64,000 nt of DNA, from assembly GCF_006345805.1 (NCBI RefSeq), contig NC_043019.1, positions 7,067,360-7,131,359 on the forward strand. The letters are read 5' to 3'. Under the pieces are notes generated by a model. The model was not told the DNA's origin. It ran no database searches and saw only the letters and a program-made list of their open reading frames with translations. This DNA comes from Octopus sinensis. Its lineage: Eukaryota. Below, one piece after another: positions 26,081 to 40,545 of this stretch. The position numbers and the translations under genes were made by a program. Position 1 is the first letter of the stretch, and each line of letters starts with the position of its first letter.

Positions 26081-27922
26081 TATATATATATATATATATA
26101 TAATATACATATATATATATTATACATATATATGTATGTATATGTGTGTGTGGTGTGTGTGTGTATGTGTGTGTATAATCAGATTTGACCAGTGGACTAA
26201 ATCGTTAGCGCCAGATAGCATTTCGTCTGATCTTTACTCCGGCTTTTTGTAGTCACAGTTCTAATCTTGCTCATGTCAAATTTGCTCTCATTATCTAGGG
26301 TAAAGTCGATAAATAAAGTATAAGGACCAATTCTCTCTCTCTCTCTCTCCTTCTCTCACTCACTGACTCTTTGAATTCAACATGTAATTCACCGATTCTC
26401 CTCGGTCATACATTCTGAGAGTGTTGCAGCATTATGTGTTTGTGGAACGGTCAGTAACTTACACGCAAATTCCTCGAGTAGGAATCCATATGATCGAACA
26501 AATTAAAGGTTCATCTTCGAATCTGGTGGAGGATCAATCTTATAACGAAAATCAACAGCTGTTGTTTTTGTTTTGTTGTTGTAACTCTTCTTGTTAAGGC
26601 CCAGATGCGCCGTAACTGAGCAGAGCCAAAGCTTAACAATTTGCCAGTCTTTACCAACATGATCCCATTTTAGGTTCAGTACTATTAAGATCTCAGATAT
26701 TAATTTTGTAGGATTCGTGCTGACCAAGCCACACCCAAGAGGGCCCTGATTTGGTTCAGTCTAGTTGTGATCATATGGTTGGTAGTGCACCCTACTATTT
26801 CCCAAACACAAGCTCTAGGTATATTCTTGGCGCTCATGCTAGCACATGTGGGAGAAATAAAATGCTGAAGGTGAGCGTTAAATCGCCTACACTAGTGTTT
26901 TCTTAGTAGAAGTTTGGCACCATATAGACGCCCCATTCCCTCGTACTCTCATTCTCCCCCAAAACACACACATTCACACGTATACACACGCACACACCAC
27001 ACACACACACACTCACTGGGTTTTATATGTACAACAAATACCCAACGGAAAATTTTTAACGAAACATAAAAATTAACACAGAACGAAAGTAATAATGTGT
27101 CTTCAGAAACACAAAAATGATTATAAAAGAATAAAAAAAAAAAACAAAGGAATTTCTTTAACAAATGTGAAATTTTCCGATTTCAAGAAAGACTTGAGAT
27201 GGTAAGTAGTGGCGTGCATGCATCCCGTAATGGGATCGCATATGTCCGCATCCGGTCGCTGAATATGCATCATCAACCGGTTATATTGGGTTTCTGCGTG
27301 TGTGTATGTATGTATGTATGTATGTATGTATGTATGTATGTATGTATGTATGTATGTATGTATATGAGAGTGTATGCGTTTGGTTGTCTGTGTATATATG
27401 TTGAGCGTATATATGCTGTATAGAATGGTGTACTGTGGGTGGTTGACTGCCATTCCGAAGGCCATTCCCAAGAATGCTAGAATTCTAAGTATATTTTTCA
27501 ACAAGGAAGGAAACTGTATCAGGTTTCCGGTTCTCTGTGAGTTTTCATTTTAATCCAGGGCGTTTTGAGGTCCTACGTGTTTGGCAGTAGGAAGAAAAGC
27601 GTTGTATTTTTAGATGTGAGACCTACACGTGCTTAAAATAAACATGGCGGTGAGGTTAAATTATGATGACAGAGCAATGTCTGGCCCACACGAAAAAAAA
27701 AAGAAACAATATACAAAACACTAATGATCCGTCAAAACGACAGGACCCCGTTTGCGCAAATCCCATCCACCAAATATTTATTGGCAACCCTTTGGTGGAA
27801 TCAAGACTGCGTTTTCGTCTTGGTGTGTGGCCAGTTGGGGCACAGCTCTGAAGGGTTTAGTAAAAAAAAAAACCTCACTACTGATTTTTCGTTTAACTTT
27901 GTTATCTATTTTCTATTTAGGT

Positions 27923-28146
27923 CAGTGGTTCTCAACCATTTTTTGCCTATGGGCCCCTTTCATTCCTGGTTTACTCTATTGGATAAAAAACATCCTACAG
28001 TGTTTTCTTTATTAAATATTCTTAGGGATTGTATAAGAAATTTATAACACATGAATTTTAACAAGAAAGTCTGATATGGAACACCGAGAGAAATATGAGA
28101 GCCCCTGATTTAGACCTCACCCCCAAGTGCCAGTTGAGGGCTCTTG
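27923..28146 (+). mobile_element. hAT/Charlie-like MITE (~220 bp)
   Basis: Left TIR CAGTGGTTCTCAACC; degenerate right TIR AGTTGAGGGCTCTTG; flanks ATTTAGGT / ACTTAGAC. Confidence 0.5.
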
Positions 28147-28888
28147 ACTTAGACGCTATGGTACGCGAACGTAAATAAACAGTTGTAACAAAACCAAAAC
28201 AACACCGGTTTACGAGTGGTGGTGGGGGATAAACACAGAGATACTCGCCCAACGTAGCATTCAGTCAGACGGATTTCGGGTCAAAATTAGTTGCGAAGTG
28301 AACTTACAACCAAATGTTAGTGTGGATAAGACGTTAAATGTCTTGCTTAAGGACTCAGTCAATTTTCAATCATTTGTGGAATTTGAATCCAAGAACAATC
28401 AAAGGAATTACTATTTGCACACGAGTTTAACCGTTCAACCACGTGGCCTCTCAACGCTAGGAATCACGGTTAATTTATACAGACAAGAACCGTGTTTCTA
28501 TTTACTGTACATAAAACCATTACGATGCTGTGAGGGTGATTATTTTTGCCTGCTTCGACGCCTGTATTGGTGACCTTGGGGAGTGTGGATGTGGGGCATA
28601 GAAACCCCCTATGAATAACATTACAATATTCGGTCCTAAATGGCTGTGGGAGGTTTTGTAGTGTCCTTAAGTATTTTAAGAACGCAAAGTGGTTCAAGTG
28701 TCTCTTCGTTCAATTTCCCCGTCTCTCTCACTCTCTCTCGTTCTCTGTCTATCTGTCTCTCTCTCTCTTTCTCTCTCTAGTTCACTGTAAATTTCTGTGT
28801 GTGTGTTTGTCTGTCTGTCTGTCTGTCTGTATGTCTCTCTCTCTCTCTCACTTATCAACCAAGCAACAAATCTATGTATGCATCTATG

Positions 28889-28956
<68 letters not shown>

Positions 28957-29018
28957 AATCTATTCATCTATCTATCTGTCTGTTTAACTAACTATCTGTC
29001 TGTCTGTGTGTCTGTCTA

Positions 29019-29111
<93 letters not shown>

Positions 29112-29418
29112 CGCACACACACACGCACGTACAGAAATACACAAATGCTTACGTATATATACGTACAGTTACATAATATACATATACATCTGTGTGTGTG
29201 CATACATGCAAACACACACACCCATATGTATAAGTACATATGTGTAACTGAGTACGTATATATACGTGTGCGTATATAATATATATATATATATATTTTT
29301 ATTTTTATTATTTTTATTTTTTCTAGTTTCAGCTCACGAGCTGTGACCATGCTGGGCCACCGCCATATATATATATATATATAGCTAGAGACAGACAGAC
29401 ATGAGTATGTATACGTAT

Positions 29419-29497
<79 letters not shown>

Positions 29498-29992
29498 TCT
29501 ATGCCTGTAATATATGTTATTGTATTGTTCATTGTGTAACGATTTTGTTCCTTTCTTTCATTTCGCTTATTTATTCCTTTACGTAGCGTTTTTGCGAAAT
29601 GAAACTAGCAGATCCTTGTAGCAGATTAATGAAATAAATATAATAATTTTCATGAACATTATCATTATTATTATTGTTATTATTATTGCTATTGTCGTTG
29701 CAGCTGGAGTTTTTTTTTTGAAATTAGAGTCGATGTTTAAAAGGACTTCCGCACTGGGAATTGAACCAAACACGTGGTGATAACAATCTCGTTCATGACG
29801 GGTCATATTGTGTTACCTCCTTAAGTAGTTCGTATTGTTTTCGTGTTGCTGTGAGTGCTGCTGATGCTGCAGTAGTCATAGTAGTAGTGGTAATAGTAGT
29901 AGTGCGTTTGGCTGTTAGATCTTGCGACAATATAGCGAGATAGATAGATAAATTGATATATATATATATATATATTTCTTTATTCTTATATA

Positions 29993-30225
29993 TATTTCTT
30001 TACTACCCACAAGGGGCTAAGCACAGAGGGGGAAAACAAAGGACAGACAAACGGATTAAGTCGATTACGTTGACCCCACTGCGTAACTGGTACTTAATTT
30101 ATCGACCCCGAAAAGATGAAAGGCAGAGTCGACCTCGGCGGAATTTGAACTCAGAACGTAACGGCAGAGGAAATACGGCTACGCATTTCGCCCAGCGTGT
30201 TAACGATTCTGCCAGCTCGCCGCCC
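29993..30225 (-). mobile_element. Full-length family A SINE monomer with a 16-bp TSD
   Basis: TCTTTATTCTTATATA at 29977-29992 and 30226-30241. Confidence 0.9.
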
Positions 30226-30238
30226 TCTTTATTCTTAT

Positions 30239-30282
<44 letters not shown>

Positions 30283-30544
30283 CGAGAGAGAAAGAGGGAA
30301 AGAGAGGAAGGAGAGAGAAAGATAGAGAGAGAGAGAGAGAGAACAGAGTAATGCTGACACATAATATTTTCCTAAGTGAATATTGTATAAGCTTTCATGA
30401 AGTTGAAGATCAGGCGTTATTATTTATCAGGTATGGAAACCAAACGCCGGTGTGAGGTCGTTGTCTTCATTTCCCCCTCAATTATGAAACTGACTTCGCG
30501 TAGGAGCACATGGCCTAAGCGTTTCGTTATTAAAGCTATATATG

Positions 30545-30970
30545 TTACTTGTTTCAGTCATTTGACTGCGGCCAAGCTGAAGCACTGCCTTTAGTCGAGC
30601 AAATCGGCCCCAGGACTTATTCTTTGTAAGCCTAGTACTTATTCTATCGGTCTCTTTTGCTGAACTGCTAAGTTATGGGGACGTAAACACACCACCATCG
30701 GTTGTCAAGCGATGGTGGGGGTACAAACAGAGACACACATATACAGACACACAACACACACACACACAACACACACACACATATATATATATATTATATA
30801 CATATACACGACGGGCTTCCTTCAGCTTTCTTCTACCAAATCCGCTCACAAGGCTTTCGTCATCCCGAGGCTATAGTAGAAGACAATTGTCCAAGGTGTC
30901 ACGCAGTGAGAATGAACCCGGAACCATGTGGTTGGTAAGCAAGTACTTACTACACAGTCACGCCTGCGCC
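30545..30970 (-). mobile_element. Full-length family B SINE
   Basis: Reverse homolog of 57072-57459, including the internal microsatellite. Confidence 0.88.
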
Positions 30971-31481
30971 TATTTATATATATTTGTTCTTTCAAACTCT
31001 GTAGAGTTTAACAGTAGCATAGCTATGGAGGGTGCAAAAGGGGCGGCACTTTTACCGGGAATCACTATGCAATGTTTGTCATTTTTGTAGGACCTCACAA
31101 GTGAGGGCAGCTCAAGGGATTCTCCTGATGGCACATACTCATGCTGCGTCACTGGGAACCCTGTCGATTTGCAAAAATGCTTATGCATTATTATAACTAA
31201 GCCGGCGGAGATGATGAGGAGTGGGGTGCTGCCTGGAATGCCCTTGGCGATTGAGGTGACAAGGAAGTGTGGAGTTCCTTAGTTACCTCTGAGTAGAACT
31301 ACTCACTTTTGAGGAGTTTCTCGTTTTGATTTTGCTGTTGTTATTGCTATTATTATATGATGCTGTGCACGTGTTTTGTGTTAGGTCCCACTTGTCCCAT
31401 GATTCTGTATTTATCCATTCTTTTATGTGTTCGACCCTTGTGGCCAATAATAATATTCTTCTTTCCCTTATTCTTATCAAA

Positions 31482-31680
31482 GCGGCGAGCTGGCAGAATT
31501 GTTAGCACGCCAGACGAAATGCCGCTACGATCTGAGTTCAAATTCCGCCAAGTTCGACTTTACTTTTCATCGTTTTGGGTCGATAAATTAAGTACCAGTT
31601 GCGTACTAGGGTCGATGTAATCGACTTACCTTCCGCTCAACAATTTCGTGCCTCATGTCTTTAAAAGAAAGGGTTATTAT
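31482..31680 (+). mobile_element. Family A SINE with the alternative 3' tail
   Basis: gcggcgagctggcagaattgttagc head; gggtcgataaattaagtaccag core. Confidence 0.8.
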
Positions 31681-32012
31681 TATTATTTTGTTTCTCTTTC
31701 GTTGATAGGAATTTGGTAAAAGAAGTTAAGTGGCTTTGTTTTCCAACTCTGTTACCTAGAGTTTGAACTTACTGGGTAACATACGGGCTATTTATGTTAT
31801 TTTTGCTATAGCATGAATAAGATATGGTAAGTGGAAACTGCGTGAAACCCATCAATGGACTGTGTGTGATTCAAAGGTCCTCACACGTCCAGTATTGAGT
31901 GAAAATAATTTGGACTGAGAACTATGTTTAGAGCACGGCTCTCTGTGAAAGACCAACCACAAATGCTACCCCTCAAGTAAAAAAAAAAACTTATATGCGT
32001 GTGTCTATATTC

Positions 32013-32070
<58 letters not shown>

Positions 32071-32701
32071 GCGTACACACATACACACACACGTAGCACA
32101 ATAATATATACAAAGCGATGTCTATATTTCGTGGAGCTAGCCTCGTTACTATATCGACTTCTCTGACATTCTACTTGAGGTTAACATTAACGCTACACGT
32201 GTCAAGCAGAGACTTTTCATGTTCGTTTATCGTGTCTCTAACAGCGATGATCGTCGATGCCGACGGAGCATTTAGTATGATTTTATCATCAATGTCATAT
32301 TTAACCACATAAAAAAGAAAAAAAGAATAAAGTTGAAAGGCTAACAGGATTTTGAACAGAGAATTTAGAAGTTATTGTGACGAATACCGGAAAGAATTTT
32401 CGCCTGACTCCAGACTATCAGAATCCGTGACACACATTTGTTACTTCGCCTTAGTTTTTTAATAAATAAACTATTATTATCATTATTTCATTTACACACG
32501 ACAGATTAGACTGTTCGGAGAGAAGGATTCCTAACACCGGGCTCCAACAATTAAGCTTAAGTGCCAAAATCCTTCCTTAAGTACCATAGCTGCTTCTATA
32601 ATACCATTTCCTGAACTGTTCTAAACTAGGTTTTATACCTAATTCCTCTATCCAGCTGTTCAAATTTTTAGGAATAGTAGTTACTGATGCACTTATTATT
32701 A

Positions 32702-32770
<69 letters not shown>

Positions 32771-33012
32771 TGCTGTTGTAATATATATTGTTTACACGCT
32801 CTAAAACACATTATACCGTCCTTTTTTTATTTTTATGTTGTCGCATGACATGTAGTGTTGTTTTATCGAGCCCTCGTGGCTAATGACAGATTGAATTATT
32901 ATAATTACTATTATTATTATTATTATTTATTATTATTAGTATTATTATTATTATTGGGAGGGAGAGCTGCTGTTTTGACAAGTGAGTGATGTTGTCGATC
33001 ATTAAAAACGCA

Positions 33013-33120
33013 TTAAATGGAAATGCTGACCCCTTCAAAAAGCAAATAGATAGATAAATAAGGGGTCATAGACAACATTCTTCTACCCCCCTTTTTTTTT
33101 CTACTCTTCATCATCATCAA

Positions 33121-33179
<59 letters not shown>

Positions 33180-33633
33180 CTATCGTCATTATCGTCATCA
33201 CGTCATCATCACAACTTCCATCATATCCGAACTCATCATCCCCGTCACCACCACCACCACAACCACCACCACAATCATCATCATTAACATCATCATCATC
33301 ATCATCATCATCATCGTCGTCGTTATCATTAAGAAATGATAAAACAACAAACACTCTATTCAAAATCGACAACCATGGCGTGTAAGAAATGATGTTTTTA
33401 GGTTTATGTGTGTAATATGGGCAAAAGGCCTGAAATTAGAAAGGGGTGGTGGTGGGGGGATATGTTTTAGTAGGTTAAATCGGTACCAATACTTGGCTAG
33501 CGTTTTATTTATCGACTCCTGAGCCCCAGGGAGGGCGAAGGTCAGAGTTTGCCTTGCCAACAATTGAACTCGGTATTTGAAAGAGGGAAAGAAAGACAGA
33601 AAGAACGAAAGAAAGAAATGAAGAAATATAGAG

Positions 33634-33686
<53 letters not shown>

Positions 33687-33787
33687 TACAAGCAAATACA
33701 ACAAGGCATTTAGTCAACATCCCTCGATCGAATCTTACCAGAGGATAATGAGGTCACAACGACGCTGACAATGAAGATGACGATGAC

Positions 33788-33827
<40 letters not shown>

Positions 33828-33862
33828 AGTGTGAGAGAGAGAGAGAGAGAGAGAAGAGGAGA

Positions 33863-33944
<82 letters not shown>

Positions 33945-34050
33945 AGATAATGATGTTGGCGAAGGTGACGAAGCCAATCAGGTCGACGATGGGTGGGGGT
34001 GGGGAGTCAAACACGGCGGCGGCGACGATGACGATGACTTACGATTGCTG

Positions 34051-34096
<46 letters not shown>

Positions 34097-34393
34097 TGAT
34101 TGCGACGATGATGAGTAAACGTTCCGTAAACGGTGCCTGTGATTGCTTGCTTGGGATAAAAAAAAAAAATAGGCAAACAAGCAAACCTAAAAAGCAACCA
34201 GATGCGCATAGTAAGAAGTGGTGGGCGGTAATGGAGTGGGTTGAGGTGAGTAAGACTGTGTTGGAATTGAGAGTGTTCAGCTTTGATGAGATTCCCAACA
34301 ATGTGAGGCGACGAAACCGGAAATCGAAACCGTGTCAGTATTCCGACGGTGACACAGCGCAGTCGTTGTCATTATTGCGAGAGAGAGAGAGAG

Positions 34394-34448
<55 letters not shown>

Positions 34449-34752
34449 GACTGCTACAAATGATAACAACGATGATGATGATGATGATGATGATGATGAT
34501 AACAAGAAGGAAGAGGTGAAGGAGCAGCAGTCGGAGAAGAGCGAGGTGGAAGAGGTGGTGATGAAGAAAATGATAATAATAGCGATGACCACGACTACGA
34601 CGGCGATGATGACAATGATGACGATGATGACGATGCTGATGATGGTGATGGTGATGATTATGATGATGATGACGACGACTCACGATGATATTTGAATCAG
34701 ATAGAACAGAATGAGAAGGACGGTGGTGAAGAAGATGTTGATGATGATGATG

Positions 34753-34793
<41 letters not shown>

Positions 34794-34919
34794 TGATGAC
34801 GACGATGATGAAGATAGTGATTCTTACAGGGGCAGAGAGCCAATTGTTTATGTGGTAAGTGTAAGAGAGTGTGAGGATGTGTGTGTATATGTGAGAGAGA
34901 GAGAGAGTGTGTGTGTGTA

Positions 34920-34963
<44 letters not shown>

Positions 34964-34990
34964 TGTGTGTGTGTGTGTGTATGCGTTTGC
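33013..34990. repeat. Dense compound microsatellite region: (CAT)n, (GAAA)n, (GA)n, (GAT)n, (GT)n
   Basis: Seen directly; includes a degraded family A SINE at ~33405-33570 (-). Confidence 0.9.
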
Positions 34991-35039
34991 ATGACTCGCC
35001 AAATATTTTCTTATTATTAACAATTATTGTTTAAAAAGA

Positions 35040-35310
35040 AAATGTTGGCACCAGGCCAGTAAATTCTGAGGAAACAAGGGCACCGGTTGGGTGGGGGAGA
35101 GGGAGGGCTCGAGACGATTGCACTGACCGCCTCCCAACCCACCCGACCCCCCACCTCTCACCAGTGTTTGACTGGTACTTTATTTATCCACCCCGAACGA
35201 CCGAACGAATGGATGGATGGCGTTATTTGAACTCATAACAGAACGTAAATAACCGGGAGAAAATGCTACTATGCCTTTTATCCGACCCGTCTGCCAGCTC
35301 ACCAGCGTAA
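35040..35310 (-). mobile_element. Degraded family A SINE
   Basis: actggtactttatttatcca..atttgaactcataacag..ctgccagctc. Confidence 0.55.
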
Positions 35311-35323
35311 CAACAACAACAAC

Positions 35324-35384
<61 letters not shown>

Positions 35385-35471
35385 TAATAATAACAAACGC
35401 ATCTTGGAATATCAACGTGTGATTGATTCTGCATACACGCACAGCCCGTAATAACGATAACAACACTCTTC

Positions 35472-35528
<57 letters not shown>

Positions 35529-35790
35529 TGAGTATTAACAGGGACAATTATTTTAATATTAATGTTGTTTATGTGGTGTTTTCCACGATTTTTGAATTAC
35601 GAATTTTGGGATGGGAATAAGGAAATTTTGCATCCAACTGTTGGATTAGTCAGGATAACAGGCGAACGAAGGAACAAGAGTGAGAGAGAGAGAAAGAGAG
35701 AGAAACCGTCTAGCGATCTATATATCTATATATGTATACACACACTCACATACACACACACACGCACACACAAAAACACATATATGTATG

Positions 35791-35890
<100 letters not shown>

Positions 35891-36316
35891 CAAGCAAACA
35901 GAGATTTGATTGTGAACTGCTAGGCGTTATTATTATCATTATTATTAGAATTATTACTATAAGAATGGCCAGTAACAAGTAGTAGAAGTAGTAATAGTGG
36001 TAGTAGTAGTAGTAGCAGTAGTAGCGGTAGGGAGAATTGTAAATATTGTAAAAGTGGCCCCTCTTTTGCATGCGTGTGTATAACGTATTTATACCTGTAT
36101 GTTCATGTACATGTATGTATATATATATATACTTACATGTGGGTGTGTATTGATATATGTATGTATAAACGTATATGTATGTATGCGTGTATATTTACAG
36201 ACATATGTGTGTTTAATATGGTCATGGGTGCCTGCATGTGCATGTATGCATGTATATATATATTTATATATCTTACTTTTTTATATATGTAAATTTTGTT
36301 GTTATCCACCGTTTCC

Positions 36317-37495
36317 TCATTCCATGCCTATCCACCATTCTGGGTAATAATCGTTTCTATTGTAAACCGAACTCAACCATGAGTTTCGGCGCGGGTAATT
36401 GCTGAAATATACGGTGTCTCCACCTGCTAGCCACGCTGCCCACCATCCGTACGAGCCGGATGTGATCACACTGTGCTGACAGTTAGCTAGTATCGCTAAA
36501 TCCACGCCGAGACTATTTCCGCCCACGAAGTTCACATCGTAGGATTCTTGTATGAAATTCCGTGACCAGTTCATATCGTCACTGCTAATAAGAAAAACAG
36601 GGCTAGGTACGGTTTTGCGGTAGAAATTCAACGCTTTGTTCACATAATGTTCGTCCGCTACGTTGTAACCACGTAGCTTTTGCGCAAGCATATCGCCTCG
36701 CCGAATGTGTACTCCAATTAACGTCTTTTTACCAAGTCCAAATTTTTTAAGCACTTTGAAAGCTTCCTTAAGTATTTCGTCCCTAAATGTAAACTCCCTT
36801 TTAACGATTTTCGTTATGTTTGTAAAATATTTCCAAGATTGATAATAGCCTGTTAAAGTCCAGTTTTTATCCGCAGACAGTTTCTCGAACAAACTTGTAT
36901 CAAACTCACCCGGTTTGTGTTCGCCGAAGCGATCATCGTTGCTAATGTCGACCAACGTGTCGTGGCGGACTTTAAACACTTCGGTTAATACGTTGTTTGA
37001 CGGCACAAAAGGTCTGTAGCCGTAATGACGAGAAACGGCCAAGAGGGCCGCGTATTGGAACATTTTGTTGCCTAAGCGGCCGGGGCCGTTGATTGTCACA
37101 TAAGTGTTCCTATATGTGGCGTTTCGGAAATCGTAGAGGTCGTCCGAATTGTCGCTGCCGTCCGTATTATCGTCACCCGACGAGGACGACGATGATGATG
37201 ATCCGGCTGAGCGAAAGTTCATCACAGAACGAACTACCTGGGCTATTTTTTCGGCCGGGTTGTATATTCCGAAAAGGGATGGCTCCGGAGCATCAGAATA
37301 GACAGCAGAGGCGGCGACGGCTGCAGCAGAGGCAGCGGCTGGGTGACCGTTGAAAAAGGCACTTTTCGTTCGATAGGTCTTAGCATCGTAGACTGCATAG
37401 ATATAAGCCATCAACAGACCAACCACATTGATAGTGATGGCTAGCACGAGAAACCAAAAATAATTCTTCACCGACAGCGTTGTGGCTATGATCAT
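36317..37495 (-). CDS. FUT1/2-like: Alpha-1,2-fucosyltransferase (glycosyltransferase family 11), type II Golgi membrane protein, single coding exon, 392 aa
   Basis: N-terminal hydrophobic anchor (FWFLVLAITINVVGLLMAYIY) and Ala/Ser/Asp-rich stem. GT11 motifs: GRLGNKMFQYA, GYYQSWKYF, GVHIRRGD, FLISSDD, DLAILANCQHSVITSGSYGWWAAWL. Start context CCAAC-ATG. Confidence 0.93.
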   Translation of the reverse strand: MIIATTLSVKNYFWFLVLAITINVVGLLMAYIYAVYDAKTYRTKSAFFNGHPAAASAAAVAASAVYSDAPEPSLFGIYNPAEKIAQVVRSVMNFRSAGSSSSSSSSGDDNTDGSDNSDDLYDFRNATYRNTYVTINGPGRLGNKMFQYAALLAVSRHYGYRPFVPSNNVLTEVFKVRHDTLVDISNDDRFGEHKPGEFDTSLFEKLSADKNWTLTGYYQSWKYFTNITKIVKREFTFRDEILKEAFKVLKKFGLGKKTLIGVHIRRGDMLAQKLRGYNVADEHYVNKALNFYRKTVPSPVFLISSDDMNWSRNFIQESYDVNFVGGNSLGVDLAILANCQHSVITSGSYGWWAAWLAGGDTVYFSNYPRRNSWLSSVYNRNDYYPEWWIGME

Positions 37496-37989
37496 GTTGG
37501 GTGAGATTTTCCAAAAAAAAAAAAAAAAAATTAAAAAACTTTACCCTGCCAGACCCCCTAACTGGCCAACACACCACCCTTCACCATATATACCCCGAAC
37601 AGCATATCATATCATGTCAGACCACACCACAGTAAAAAACCACCAGATGAATGCAAATCACAGGGTTTTGACCCCTCTTTTTTTTTTCAAATTATTTTTT
37701 AAAAATCTTTTCTCCTCAGGGTAACACTCTCAGCGAGGGCTTCGTAAACAGTAAAGCAAAAATAAATAATAATAATAATAATAATAATAAACAAAGTTAA
37801 ATTGTGCACAACGTCCTCCTTAAAACGGCCACAACCTTTGCGCCACCGTCCTCGGTGCTCCGCGTATTCTCTTATATTTCTTCTAATTCTTCATATTCTT
37901 CTTCTTCTTCTTATTGTTGTTGTTGTCGTCGATAACATTTGATGTTGTTTTCGTTCCGCCCGCTTCTCGGTGTCGATCGTGTGTGTTAG

Positions 37990-38319
37990 TTATTTCGTGG
38001 TTTGATTTTGTTTAATAAACGATGCGCCCCCCACCTTTTTCCCTGCCGACTTCGACGACGGCGACGACACCACCGCCGCCGTCGCCGCCGCCGACGCCGC
38101 CGCCGCTGCCGCCGACACAACTGCTGCTGTCACGCCCGCCGTCGCCGCCGCCACCTCCGCCTCCACCTGCACCTCCTTCGCCTCCGCCTCCGCCTCCGCT
38201 GCAGTTGCTGTTGCTGTTGTTGTTCTTCTTGTTCTCCTTGTTGTTGTTGTTGTTGTTGTTGTTGTTACAGTTATTCCTAAAGCATTTCCTAAACTGGGTT
38301 GTTCCCGCTGTAGTAGTAT

Positions 38320-38356
<37 letters not shown>

Positions 38357-39896
38357 GGTAGACGTTTACGATAATGCTGTTGATTCTTGGCTTGTTGGCT
38401 GGTCTGTCTGGTTGGTCGTGTGTTATGTTCGCGCGGCGATGGTTGTGATAGTAATAACAGAAATGGTGATATCCGTAGTAGTAACAGTGGTGGTGGTGGT
38501 AGTGATGGTAGTGGTTGTGTGAGTGGTGGTCGTCTTTCTCGTCGTGTGAGCACTCCTTCTTCTTCTCCTTCTTTTCCTTCTTCTTCTTCTTCTCTTCTTC
38601 TTCTTAGGCCTCGCCTTTTACCAATCTGCTACGCTGTCCAAAAACCACGTTGCTCGAAGAAGAAGAAAAACACAGCGAAAACGCAACGAAGAAATCTACG
38701 TCGATGTTTTTGCCTTGTTTTGTTGTTGTTATTTTTCCTTCTTATTTTCCTCCTTCTTTCTCTTCCTCTCTCTCTCTCTCTCTCTCACTCTTTCTTTCTT
38801 TTTTCCTTCCTTTTCTTCTTCCTCTTTTTGTTTTTGTTGTTGTTTTTTGTTTAGGGCAACTCTGGTGGTTTTGCAGCTGCCACCGACACACAAGCTGCCT
38901 ATTGCAGCAGCTACTGCTGCTGCTGCGCCTGCTCCTGCTCCTGCTGCTGCTACGACTGCTGCTGCTGCTGCTACGATAGCTGCTGCTGCTGCTGATGTCG
39001 GTCTTGTATTATGTTGTTAGCGCTGCTGTTGCTGCTGCTGCGGCTGCTGTTGCTCCTGCTAGTGTCGGCTGCTGCTGATGACTCGGTATCGGCTGCTGCG
39101 GTTGCTGCTGCTGGTGCTACTGCCACTACTGCTGCTGCTGCTGGCACTGTTGCTGCTGTTGTTTCTTTTTGTCGTTATGGTAACTAGAGAGAGAGAGAGA
39201 GAGAGAGAGGTGGAGTTAGACAGAGATGTAAGTGGAGAGAGAGAGAGAGAGAAAGAGAAAGAGTAAGAAATGGCAGTGAGAGAAAGAGAGAGAAAGAGTA
39301 AGAGTTAGTAGTGAGAGTGGGAGTGGTGGGAGTCAGGGAGATAGTAAGAGAGAGTGAGAGAGGGAGAGTGACTTTCGGTTTAAAAGCCAGCAGAACGCGG
39401 TGCCGTCGCAGCAGCAGACGGTAGTAGTCGCGAATTGCTTTGGTGCAAGTCTGCGAGAGACTTGACAGACAGACAGACAGACATGTAGATACATTGATGG
39501 ATGGACGGGTGGATGGACGGGTGGTGAGGCGCGTACACATATGCATAAATACATTCACACAACCTCGGACGCACGAGCGTCCGCACACACACACACATAC
39601 ACACACACATACAAACATACATATATAGATAGAGAGATAGATAGATAGAGAGATAGATAGATAGAGAGAGAGATAGGTAGATAGATGTATAGATGCACAG
39701 TTAGATAGATAGATAGAGAGATAGATAGAGAGAGAGAGAGAGAGGAGGGAGAGATATAGGTACATAGATAGATAGATACACAGTTAGATAGACAGATAGA
39801 TAGAGAGATAGATAGATAGATAGATAGATATATAGATAGAGAGAGAGAGATGGATAGATAGATAGGCACATATATATAGATATATATATATACATA

Positions 39897-39952
<56 letters not shown>

Positions 39953-40501
39953 AAAGACTGTGAGATAGATAGACAGATAGATGGCAACAATGTTGCCGTT
40001 AGTGATGATGATTATGATGATGACGACGCTGACGACAGCGAAGGAGGAGGAGAAGAAGAAGAAGAAGAAGAGAAGAAGAAGAAGAAGAAGAAGAAGAAGA
40101 AGAAGAAAGAGCAGAAGAAGAGATAGATGACCACCACCACCACCACCACCACCATCAAACAACAACAGCAACAACAACAAGACGCGTGAGTGTGACTAAA
40201 TAACAAATAGCTGCGCCAGACAGTAGTGCCATCTGCCGGGAAGTAAGGAACGGTGGTGGATTTTTGAATGTCGGGCAACGTAGAATATTGGGTGGTGCCA
40301 TTGGGTGGTGGTGGCTGGAAATCGAAGAAGAAATGGGATCGGGAAGGGGTCATCTAAATCCGAAAGGGAATGCAGTGAGAAAGGCGGCAAGAATTCCTTG
40401 TCTGGACTCCCTCAGAAATCGCGAAAAGGTTCACTTCCGATACAGACACTACCAACAAGACATTTCACACCCCTTCCCTGGGAACAACAGGACGCTAGTA
40501 A

Positions 40502-40545
<44 letters not shown>

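Noticed and set aside
36317-37495. Bacterial horizontal transfer of the GT11 gene, suggested by the lack of introns and CpG richness
   Set aside because: Type II membrane anchor and stem are eukaryotic features, and animal FUT1/2-like genes commonly have a single coding exon
37990-39270. Pro/Ala/Arg-rich ORFs upstream of the fucosyltransferase
   Set aside because: Translations of trinucleotide repeats that are open in several frames; no domain
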